From NCBI RefSeq assembly GCF_001194135.2, contig NC_068990.1, positions 54,527,784 to 54,563,720 on the forward strand: a stretch of 35,937 nucleotides of DNA. The letters are read 5' to 3'. Source of the DNA: Octopus bimaculoides. Its lineage: Eukaryota. Position 1 is the stretch's first letter. Each line of letters begins with the position of its first letter. Below, one piece after another: positions 1 to 9,847 of this stretch. Both the position numbers and the translations under genes were made by a program. The notes beneath the pieces were generated by a model, which did not search any database, had not been told where the DNA came from, and worked only from the letters and a program-made list of their open reading frames with translations.

Positions 1-31
<31 letters not shown>

Positions 32-234
32 CTTTCTATATCTCTATATCTCTTTGTACCTCTCTCTCTGTATCTCTCTCTCTGTATCTCTCTATCTCTC
101 TCTTTCTCTCTCTTTCTTTCTATCTCTCTCTATATATCTCTCAATATATCTCTGTATCTCTCTCTATATATATATATCTATATATCTCTCTATGTATATC
201 TCTATAACTCTCTCTCTCTGTCTCTCTCTCTCTC
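1..234. repeat. (TA)n and (TC/TA)-rich microsatellite
   Basis: Direct inspection. Confidence 0.95.
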
Positions 235-844
235 GAATTATAGTTAATTAAACATTTCGTCAAGATCAGAATTTGATAGAAAAAAGAACTACATTCCAAT
301 GTGTCGATATATCATTGGTAGACTTAGCATTAAATTCAGATTTGTGCATTCTAATGTATTTTTAAAAAACTGTTACTCGTGTGCATGCAACTTCGTTTTA
401 ATTTATTTGGGCATGTATGTGTATTAATGTGTTGAAAAACAAAGGAGCCGTTAGGTTGAATTATAATTAAAAACATTTATTCCTAATTTTCATAATTACT
501 TGTGAGAGCACAAAGTGTCAGCAAAGTTTTTGAATCACTTAAGAATTATATTGTAAGTCATTGTATTAATAATTAAATACTAATTTTTTTTTTTTATAAT
601 TTAAAACATAAATCATAGTTACTTTAACTATGTACCACATGACCATGATGAAATCGCACATGCATAAAATTAAAACAAAATTGCATATACACAAGAAATG
701 GTTTAAAAAAACACACATTAGAATGCACAAGTGCATATATCTGAATTTAATGCTGAGTCTACCAATGATATATTAATACATTGGGATGTAGTTCCTTTTC
801 TATCAAGTGCTGACCCTGATGAAATTTTCGATTAACTATAATTC
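235..844. repeat. Diverged inverted repeat, arms about 235-370 and 699-844
   Basis: Shared gaattatagttaat..gatagaaaa.gaactacat..atatatcattggtagact.agcattaaattcagat in opposite orientation. Confidence 0.8.
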
Positions 845-1250
845 AATAAGAATCTTTAATTTAATTTTTCTAATTTGAATTAATTGATTGGACATGGAAG
901 CAATTGTATGTTCTGTGAGTTTGATATTGTTCGAAATTGGATTTGTTTCAATGAATTGATGTCTATATGTCAATTTCTCCATTCTCTTCTTATACACAAA
1001 TGGTAATATACCCATATCTATCAATGTGAAGCTAACATCTTTTAGTATTTCACTGATACACGGGATAAAACTGGGGAACTTGAATGCTGACATCCCTTTA
1101 AGAGGTATCTATATGCTTGAAATAATTTATATATATGTACTAGCTGTTGGACCCAGCATTGCTCGTGTTTTCCGTGTTGAAGTTAAGCCTACCTCTGAAC
1201 TTGTATTGAAATATTCTATGTTACCTGTGCCAACTATTACCCATTAAGAT
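741..1250 (+). mobile_element. Possible heavily decayed Penelope-like reverse transcriptase remnant
   Basis: Stop-interrupted frame DILIHWDVVPFLSSADPDEIFD resembles PLE RT LVSFDVVSLFT..P.DE; later EANIF and PLKRY resemble downstream RT motifs. Confidence 0.3.
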
Positions 1251-1319
1251 GTTATATCTGGTTGGGAAGGGATTTTACTCGGTTAACGTTTTTGACATAC
1301 TAGACCATCTGAAATCGCA

Positions 1320-2435
1320 GTCAAACTTTTGGGTGTACCTCGACTTGTTGAGAGTGATGTTTGTTTATTTCTCTCCCCTTAATGCCACCCTCAGTGTGTC
1401 CAATCTCAGCAAAATCCAAAGAAAAATGTTAAGGTTATGTCATAAAATAGAATCCATGTGACCATTTACATGAAAATACCCCATTGACTTTTAAATCCCA
1501 ATACATTATAGGAATAATTGATGTTGACGTGCTTAATTTTGCTCATGGGTCAATTTTCTTCAAAATCAGTTCATTATTTTATTGTGAGTGAATTTTGACG
1601 ATTTCTGCCTTTCACCAGTTTAATTTTAATTCTACTACATGACTCAGACCATAAACTTTGTCAAAATGTCAAATTTCATCAAAATCACATGAATTCTGTA
1701 AAAGTTACAGCATAAAATATTAATCCTATGGGTAATTGCATACAAAAAGCTTATTGATTTCTTAAAATCCCCCGCTCATGTGCAATTGTCAATTTTTTGT
1801 CAACTCTTCATGCTGGCATCAACTAATTGACATGAACTGTAATCACGTGTAAAATTTCTACAAAATCAATAAGAATGTCTCCAAAGAAACGCTTATTTGC
1901 ATTTGTGCCCTTTTCAAGCCCTTTTGAATTAAATAAACATCTTTACCGTCTCCCCCATCACAAAATTTACCTACATCTCAAATTTCATTAAAATTGGATA
2001 AAAGCATAACAGTTACGGCCAAAAAAAAAATCCCTATGGATATTTGCACACAAAAAGCCTATTGATTTTACAAAATCACTGCTCGGGCGCAATTATCGAT
2101 TTTTTGTCAACACCATATACTGACATAAACTCACTGCCAAGAGCCTTGCTCACTCATCAATTTTCATCAAAATCGGACAAAAAATGCAAAAGCTACAGCT
2201 AAAATAACATCGTTAATGGGAATTTCCATTGAAACACCCGAATGAGCTCACAAAAATCGATGCCAACTGAGCATTATCGAGTTTTCGAAAAATTCTGGCC
2301 TTATTCGAACTTGAGGGCATGTGATCTACCTATGTGCCAAAAATCATTAAAATGGTTGGACGGTGTGGAAGGAGTTAGAGTAACCCAAAACACACATACA
2401 GAGACAGACACCATTACACATTTATGTATATAGAA
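1320..2435 (+). mobile_element. Non-autonomous element with internal imperfect direct repeats, resembling Helentron-associated (HINE/DINE-1-like) elements
   Basis: Recurring aaatttcatcaaaatc-like anchors at about 1671, 1851, 1980, 2159, 2338 with shared cctatgg..caaaaagc.tattgattt; ends acacacatacagagacagac..atttatgtatataga. Confidence 0.4.
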
Positions 2436-2444
2436 TATATTGTG

Positions 2445-2670
2445 AGGGCACATGGCTCTGTGTTTAGGGTGTTGCATTCACAACTATGATATTATGGGTT
2501 CAATCCCAGACTGGGTGATGCATTGTGCTCTGCAATCACTTTGACATCTGACAAGTGGCATACTGTAGACCTGTACAGGCAATGTTGACTGGATGGAGGG
2601 TGTGAGCTTATTTGTAGCACAACCATTTGATTGCTTTAGAGAAATCATATGTACAAGTTATTAAGTAAGG
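2445..2670 (+). mobile_element. tRNA-headed SINE-like repeat
   Basis: gcacatggctctgtgtttagggtg..gggttcaatccc B-box-like head. Confidence 0.5.
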
Positions 2671-2721
2671 AAGTATATGTATATATGTGTGTGTATATAT
2701 ACACATATACATATATATAAA

Positions 2722-2900
2722 TTATCATCATTTAACATCCGCTTTCCATGCTGGCATGGGTTGGACGGTTTGACATGGAACTGGTTAGCAGGGAGCTGTC
2801 CAGGCTCCAGCTGTCTGTTGACGCATGGTTTCTACAGCTGGATGCCCTTCCTAGCATCAACCATTTAACAGAATGTGCTGGGTGCTTTTTATGTGCCACC
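2722..2900 (-). mobile_element. RTE-tail repeat (short)
   Basis: catcatttaacatccgctttccatgctggcatgggttggacggtttgac terminus shared with other copies. Confidence 0.75.
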
Positions 2901-3615
2901 AATATCACTTTCTTTAAAACAGGGGTTCTCAGCCATTTTTTTATCTATGGACCCCTTTGATTACTATTTTATTCTGGTGCACCCTCATAGCCATTCGATG
3001 TTTAAAAACTAGTTTTATAGAATCCTCTTTCAAAATTCATATTTTATCTTTCACACATTAACTTGTGTAAATTGAACTATGTAAATGTTAGAGAAAGAAA
3101 CCTAGTTGGTTTTTCTCTCGTGCTTTCAAAAGTACCAGCATACTGATTTGAAAATTGAACTGACCGTGTGCTCAAAGCCCTCAGATTGCTTGGAAGCACA
3201 AGACATTATAAAAACGTGCCTAGACCCATGTCTCTAAGGCAAGAAACTATTAGTAGCTCATTACTTTATACTGTGTGCATTAAATGATATTTATTTCTCA
3301 CTGGATGGAGTCCTTTTTAGTTGATCNNNNNNNNNNNNNNNNNNNNNNNNNNNNNNNNNNNNNNNNNNNNNNNNNNNNNNNNNNNNNNNNNNNNNNNNNN
3401 NNNNNNNNNNNNNNNNNNNNNNNNNNNNNNNNNNNNNNNNNNNNNNNNNNNNNNNNNNNNNNNNNNNNNNNNNNNNNNNNNNNNNNNNNNNNNNNNNNNN
3501 NNNNNNNNNNNNNNNNNNNNNNNNNNNNNNNNNNNNNNNNNNNNNNNNNNNNNNNNNNNNNNNNNNNNNNNNNNNNNNNNNNNNNNNNNNNNNNNNNNNN
3601 NNNNNNNNNNNNNNN

Positions 3616-3657
<42 letters not shown>

Positions 3658-3665
3658 GTAGAAGA

Positions 3666-3875
3666 CCAACATAATAATGAATAGTTCCAGAATGTTGTTT
3701 ATGTTTATAAAAATGAACTGTGTCCTGGAGTTTGAGTAAAGTTGAATCAGTTGTTGAGTGTTAAATGTTGGATTCTTTAACACAAAATGGTGTTCAAAGA
3801 TAGGAAACACTGTCTTCTCTGTATATTACCCTGTAGTGATTGATTCATGCCATACGGTTTCCTTTGAATAGAAAC
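3666..3875. repeat. Arm 1 of a 210-bp inverted repeat (partner 7441-7650)
   Basis: Reverse complement of 7441-7650, about 6 mismatches by eye. Confidence 0.92.
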
Positions 3876-3877
3876 AT

Positions 3878-4470
3878 AAGGCTGCACCAGGCTCAATCTG
3901 ATCTGGCAAAGCTTCTACAGGTGGATGCCCTTCCTAACACCAACCACTCTGAGAATGTAGTGGATGCTTTTATGTGCCACTGGCATGAGGGCCAGTCAGG
4001 CGGTTCTGGCAACAACCATGCTCAAAAGTTGTTTTGTAGGTGCTACCTCCACAGGAGTCAGTCTGGCAGCACTGGCAAAGACCACACTTGAATGTTGTTT
4101 TTCACATGCCATTGGCACAGGAGCCAATCCATGGCCCTGGCAACGATGACGCTTGGATGTGCTTTTAACGTTCTACCGGCATGAGTGCCAATCAGGCGGT
4201 GCTGTCATCGGTCATGTCAGTGATTTTGATTTGATCTCACTTGCCTCAATAGGTCTTCACAAGCAAAGTTTATTGTCCATTGAATAAGGGGTACTCATAA
4301 GTGGGCTGGTTACACCCCCACGCTGAGTTGTGCTTTCAATGTTCCACTGGCACAAGTGCCAATCAGGCGGTACTGTCATCGGCCATGTCAGCGATTTTGA
4401 TTTTCATTTTACTTGCCTCAATAGGTCTTCACAAGCAAAGTTTATTGTCCATTGAATAAGGGGTACTCAT
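3878..4470 (-). mobile_element. RTE 3' UTR fragment with an internal tandem duplication of about 170 bp
   Basis: ggatgcccttcctaacaccaaccact motif; caatcaggcgg..gggtactcat occurs twice (about 4190-4298 and 4360-4470). Confidence 0.75.
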
Positions 4471-4480
4471 NNNNNNNNNN

Positions 4481-4589
4481 GTTAAAAATGTAAACTTCTC
4501 CTCAGGGAAATGCATGGGAATCATCCTAAATGTAAGACATTATGACCGAGTATGATAACTATAGTTGGATAATGTTATGACGTGATTCA
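4481..4589 (-). repeat. Inverted copy of 6296-6404 carrying the 5' half of the hammerhead; cut by the 4471-4480 gap
   Basis: Reverse complement matches 6296-6404 with 2 mismatches in 109 bp (counted by eye). Confidence 0.9.
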
Positions 4590-5166
4590 TTTGAAAAAAC
4601 CGTTAGAGAGTTCCAACAGTAATAACATTGAGCCAGGCATTATTAACACTTACCAAAATAACAATAATAACACTAATAATAATATAGGGAACAATAATAA
4701 TAACACGATACATAATAGTTATAGTCACAACAACAAAATCATTATTTCTGAAGTTAATAACAAAAGAATTAGTTTTTTAAGCGATAATGCGAAACTTAAA
4801 AATACTGTCTACCAATGCCAAGTTAGTACTCCTACAAATATCCACTTTTATGTTGGATCTTCCTCTTCAACATTATCCACCAGAATTTCTAACCATTTCT
4901 CGACATTTAGAGATAAAAACAAATGTAATACTACGAGCCTAAGCAAACTAATTTGGGATCTTAAAGATATTAACATTAAATTTAAACTAGACTGGCTAAT
5001 TCTTTCTATTTCTAGGCTGTATGAAAAGGGTGGAAAATTTTGTTCCCTTTGTGTTACAGAACTTTACTTTATTTTATTTTCAAAGAATTACCTGGTAAAT
5101 ACCTTTATAGAAAATTCTTACAGATGTAAACATTGGCAAAAACATGTATTTTCAGTGTTTAAATAA
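4582..5166 (+). mobile_element. Penelope-like element fragment, GIY-YIG endonuclease ORF (5'-truncated, no RT visible)
   Basis: TVYQCQV..FYVGS..LSTRISNH GIY-YIG pattern and C-terminal CSLCVTE..LVN..E..RCKH motif typical of PLE endonucleases. Confidence 0.82.
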
Positions 5167-5379
5167 CAATCATTGTTTTTATAGAAAGCTATCATATTAA
5201 CCCTTAATATGTGAGTTCATCAAATAGTTCTAGTAAAACAGGTTATTAATTCCCTCACATGTTAGAAGATTAAGATTAAAATTGATCACGATTCACAAAA
5301 TTTATCTAATCATTTGTTATTTATTAACTTAAATTAGAACATATATTAAATCTTGATATATTCATGTAACAGCAAATAC

Positions 5380-5760
5380 ATACAAAAAATATATGTGCAT
5401 ATGAGTATACATGTATAAGTGTTTATATATACACGTGTATTTGTGGGAGAATGTGTGTGTGTCTGTGTGCATATATATTCATGTTTTTGTATAAACTAGA
5501 TGAGTTTGTATATATTTTTGTGTACATTTTTATGAACAGATATATTTATGCATAAGTTTCTTTATATATTCATATATGAGTGTATTTGTGAATTTGTATG
5601 TGTGCGTATTTGTGTAAATGTATTTTTATATATATAAAAAAATATATGTGTATATTTGGATGTATATGTGTGTATATATATATGTGTGTGTGTGTATATA
5701 ATTGTGTATACATGTGCATGTATGTGTGTATGCGTATGTATATATATGTATGTGTGTGTG

Positions 5761-5797
<37 letters not shown>
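5380..5797. repeat. (TG/TA) compound microsatellite running into gap
   Basis: Direct inspection. Confidence 0.9.
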
Positions 5798-6370
5798 NNN
5801 NNNNNNNNNNNNNNNNNNNNNNNNNNNNNNNNNNNNNNNNNNNNNNNNNNNNNNNNNNNNNNNNNNNNNNNNNNNNNNNNNNNNNNNNNNNNNNNNNNNN
5901 NNNNNNNNNNNNNNNNNNNNNNNNNNNNNNNNNNNNNNNNNNNNNNNNNNNNNNNNNNNNNNNNNNNNNNNNNNNNNNNNNNNNNNNNNNNNNNNNNNNN
6001 NNNNNNNNNNNNNNNNNNNNNNNNNNNNNNNNNNNNNNNNNNNNNNNNNNNNNNNNNNNNNNNNNNNNNNNNNNNNNNNNNNNNNNNNNNNNNNNNNNNN
6101 NNNNNNNNNNNNNNNNNNNNNNNNNNNNNNNNNNNNNNNNNNNNNNNNNNNNNNNNNNNNNNNNNNNNNNNNNNNNNNNNNNNNNNNNNNNNNNNNNNNN
6201 NNNNNNNNNNNNNNNNNNNNNNNNNNNNNNNNNNNNNNNNNNNNNNNNNNNNNNNNNNNNNNNNNNNNNNNNNNNNNNNNNNNNNNNNNNNNNNNTGAAT
6301 CATGTCATAACATTATCCAACTATAGTTATCATACTCGGTCATAATGTCTTACATTTAGGATGATCCCCA

Positions 6371-6470
6371 TGCATTTCCCTGAGGAGAAGTTTACATTTT
6401 TAACATCGCCGATTCCTATGGATCGCATAAATTGTAATTCTTCGAAACATATGTCGGAATAAAGTATGCA
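6371..6470 (+). ncRNA. Type I hammerhead ribozyme (Penelope-associated, palindromic minimal stem III)
   Basis: Stem I TTCC(6376-79)/GGAA(6456-59) plus TGCAT/ATGCA; core CTGAGGA(6380-86); stem II closed by GAAG/CTTC; GAAA(6444-47); ACATATGT palindrome; GTC cleavage triplet (C6455). Confidence 0.85.
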
Positions 6471-6666
6471 GTTATAACATGCGTTTTCTCCATTCCTTAA
6501 ATGTTTATATATACTCAAATACCCAAAATATCAAGGAGTTTCTGCCTCACCAACAGGAATTACACCACAGTTATTTTGTGATCTTTGCTACCTTGGTTTC
6601 TATTAACCCATTTATTCTATCAGAATTATTATTTATTAGGATAGAATAAATACATATAATTAAATA

Positions 6667-6708
<42 letters not shown>

Positions 6709-6764
6709 TAAAGATGATTTTTCCTATTAAGAATGTTGTCAATAACATCCCAGATTTAACTTAC

Positions 6765-6835
6765 CTTTGGCTGATCCTAGCACTACTTTTAGTTGTTCCT
6801 TTGGAGTCCTGGCTTCCAATGTCTGACCGTGTCAG
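6765..6835 (-). CDS. P4HA: P4HA paralog B exon 7 (LTRSDIGSQDSKGTTKSSARISQ-S/)
   Basis: ttgcag|CTG acceptor, AG|gtaagt donor, 71 nt, phase 0-2; same length and phase as the vertebrate LRRATI..YRISKS exon. Confidence 0.88.
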
Positions 6836-6904
6836 CTGCAATATATATATATGCAAATTAATTTAAAACAAAAATAATGAATGTTTTTTTTTGTAATTGA
6901 GTGT

Positions 6905-7410
6905 TGGTTATGAGAGTGGTTGTTGTTGCTGTGGTGGTAGTGGTGGTGGTGATTGTGGGGATTTTCTTGAAGGTAATATGTGAAGTAGAGGTGCTTATTT
7001 AAGATTATAATGATATTTGATGGTGGTGATGGTAGGATGAATAGTGATTAATATTTAAATGTCTGTAGTGGAGGATGTTGTGATAGTGGTGGTTGTGATG
7101 ATGGTAGTGGCAGATGTTATGATGGTGATGATTCTTGAAATGATAGTGATTTTTGTGATGAAGATGATTGTGGTAGTGGAGATGGTAGTGATAGTGGTTG
7201 TGGTTATGGTGGTAATAGTTGTGAGGGTAGTGGCGGTAGTAGTTGTTGCTATGATAGTGATTATTGTGATGGTAGTGTTTGTGGTGATGGAGATAGTTGT
7301 GGTAATGACAGTGGTTTTGTGATGGTAGTAGTTGTTGTGATAGTAGTCATTGTTGTTTTGGTGGTTGTGATGGTGTTGACTGTTGTTGTTGTACTGATGG
7401 TGGTAGTTTT
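6905..7410. repeat. Degenerate (GTG/GTA/GAT)n trinucleotide tract
   Basis: Direct inspection; source of the Val/Met-rich spurious ORF. Confidence 0.9.
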
Positions 7411-7440
7411 CTTATGTTTAAATTTTTAAAAAATGGTAAA

Positions 7441-7650
7441 GTTTCTATTCAAAGGAAACCGTATGGCACAAATCAATCACTACAGGGTAATATACAGAGA
7501 AGACAGTGTTTCCTATCTTTGAACACCATTTTGTGTCTAAGAACCCAACATTTAACACTCAACAACTGATTCAACTTTACTCAAACTCCAGGACATAGTT
7601 CATTTTTATAAACATAAACAACATTCTGGAACTATTCATTATTATGTTGG
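7441..7650. repeat. Arm 2 of a 210-bp inverted repeat (partner 3666-3875)
   Basis: Direct comparison as above. Confidence 0.92.
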
Positions 7651-7684
7651 CTGAAAGTGGTTGGCTCAGTTCCTGTGTAACAAA

Positions 7685-8010
7685 ACAACATCATTATTAT
7701 CATTGTTTAACATCTGTTTTCCATGCTGGTATGGATTTGACTGTTTCACAGGAGCTGGCCAGCTGGAGAATTGCCTGGGCTCCATTTGTCTGTTTTGGCA
7801 TGGTTTCCCTTGATGCCCTTCCTAATGCCAACCACTTTACAGAGTGTGTTGGGTGCTCTTTACATAACTTCAGCATGGATGCTTTTTAATGTGGTGCCAG
7901 CATGAGTGCATTTTATGTAGTGCCAACTCAAGTGCTTTTCATGTGGTGCTGGCACAAGTGCTTTGCACATAGTGCCAGCATGAATGAATTTTATGTGGCA
8001 CCAGTATGAG
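7685..8010 (-). mobile_element. RTE-tail repeat
   Basis: tttaacatctgttttccatgctgg..gatgcccttcctaatgccaaccact..gtgccagcatga subrepeats. Confidence 0.7.
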
Positions 8011-8894
8011 ACTCGTTTAAATGGTTACCTTGTCTCTATTTGATTTTTGTTAAGCATTGTTTAATAATATATGCTTCTTTGCAATACATGAATAATTTTG
8101 ATTGATTTAAGTGATTGTGCTCATTACATGAACTGTGCTTGGACTTCATTATGAAGGACTTTGTTATCAGATCAAAGCTATGGAAACTGGAGATATGTAC
8201 ATTTAAGCCTCAATAATCTAAACATTAATTATCTATATTTCAGATTACCCAAACAAGATTTCAAAGTTTGTGAATAATCTAATTCACCATAACCCAAACT
8301 CAAGAATAATACTGGTACTATCATTTCCTATTTTGTTTTCAATAATTAAAGTTAATTTGAATTACTGATGGACATGTAAAAATGTAGCATCAAAGAGGTA
8401 TTACAGACACTATTGTAACAGTTGTGCCTTTTGTTTACAATTATCAAAAGTACCTTGTGTCTGTTAGTTTTCTTGGTCATCTTATTTGAGTTCAGCTGGT
8501 CACTTACAACAGTGTTAAAAAAGATATAAACATGCAAAGCAGTGACAATATACAAACTTAGGATTAATTCAAATATTTTGAGAGATATTTGAATTCATTA
8601 CAGGTTTCTTACTGTAGTTAGTCATGAAGAAAAAAAAAATTCTCACTTAAGACAAAAAAAAAAAATGTCAGTTCACATCGTTCTCTATTGAAGTGATGGA
8701 TGTGTTTTTATCATAGGTGAGAAATTTTTCCCTGCAACAACAGGAAGTGAAAAGCCTTTTCAGATTCAAATATTTTTCTAATATACTTGAACTGATCATA
8801 AAACATTGGAACCAGGTTAACTTGTTTTTGATAGCAGAGTACTTTATGGAATAGTGGATAGAGATAAAAAATATGTTTGAATTATTCTCTATCT

Positions 8895-9305
8895 TTTATC
8901 TTTTATCTTTTACTTGTTTCAGCCTTTAGACTGTGGCCATGCTGGTTCACTGCCTTGAAGAATTTTTACTCAAATGAATCAACCCCAGTACTTTTTTTTT
9001 TAAACCTGGTACTTATTCTATCAACATCTTTTGCTGATTGCTAAGTTACAGGGACATAAACACACTGATACCAATTATCAGGAGGTGGTGGGGGACAAAC
9101 ACAGACACAAAGACACACACCCATAGATATACATATATTATATGTCGGGCTTCTTTCAGTTTCTGTCTACCAAATTTACTCACAAGACTTTGGTTGGCCT
9201 AAGACTATAGGAGAAGACACTTGCCTAAGGTGTCACATAGTAGGACTGAACCCAGAACCATGTGGCTGGGAAGCAAACTTCTTACCACAGTCACATATGT
9301 GCCTA
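8895..9305 (-). mobile_element. tRNA-derived SINE family 2 (CORE-like ccttgggcaagtgtcttc segment, internal CA/TA microsatellite)
   Basis: Minus-strand head gtggtaagaagtttgcttccc..ggttcagtcc..accttaggcaagtgtcttc. Confidence 0.8.
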
Positions 9306-9685
9306 CATAACTTGGGCATGCTGATTTCAGCCAATTTTAACAAATTGATTATTGGTATGTTAGTATACAAAAGCTTAATCAGTGCAGTAATTAAGTTCAA
9401 TATGGCTTCTTTGTCTGTGTTCACACCAATTATCTGAAGAATTACTTATCCAAACAAAATACTTCTCTTTTGTTTTATCTAGATACTTAAAAAGATCTAA
9501 ATGTATAGGATTTATAAGAGTCTTGACGTTCTGAAAAAGGTAAGTGTTGCTTATATTTTAAGACAAAAGATAGATGGAGTATTGTAGATATGAACTCTCA
9601 AACTTTTCCTAGTTTTTATTTTTCATAAAAATCCTGTAAAAATGGTTTAACTAATAAATAAATCAAAGTACACAATAGTATTTAC

Positions 9686-9847
9686 CTTGCGAACTGTTGT
9701 ATTCTTTATATAAGACATTTCTGAATCTGTGATGACATCATGATAGAGAACCACCAGAGGGTCATAGTGTAATATTTCTTGTTTGAAATTCAAATATGGT
9801 ACAAGTCTCTCTTGGAATGAACAGACAACACTGTTGGAGATTTGTGG
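9686..9847 (-). CDS. P4HA: P4HA paralog B exon 6 (PQISNSVVCSFQERLVPYLNFKQEILHYDPLVVLYHDVITDSEMSYIKNTTVRK)
   Basis: AAG|gtaaat donor; KQEILHYDPLVVLYHDVITDSE matches KQEDEWDKPRIIRFHDIISDAE; acceptor is an atypical tgaaaaaag|CCA, so the 5' boundary is less certain. Confidence 0.88.

Noticed and set aside
24-251. Low-complexity ORFs (also 5598-6345, 7059-7322, 11650-12018, 25338-25816, 29946-30617, 32358-32627, 33522-33864)
   Set aside because: They are translations of microsatellites or trinucleotide tracts; the Asp-rich 11744-11986 ORF has no splice or homology support
3284-3810. Long ORFs spanning N-gaps (also 5598-6345, 12883-13477, 16471-17408)
   Set aside because: Length comes from undetermined bases
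8454-8495. Frame-compatible 42-nt candidate cassette exon (LNSNKMTKKTNRHK) between exons 6 and 7
   Set aside because: Weak acceptor, no P4HA similarity, and not the 71-nt size expected of a mutually exclusive partner like the vertebrate P4HA1 pair; only RNA-seq could rescue it
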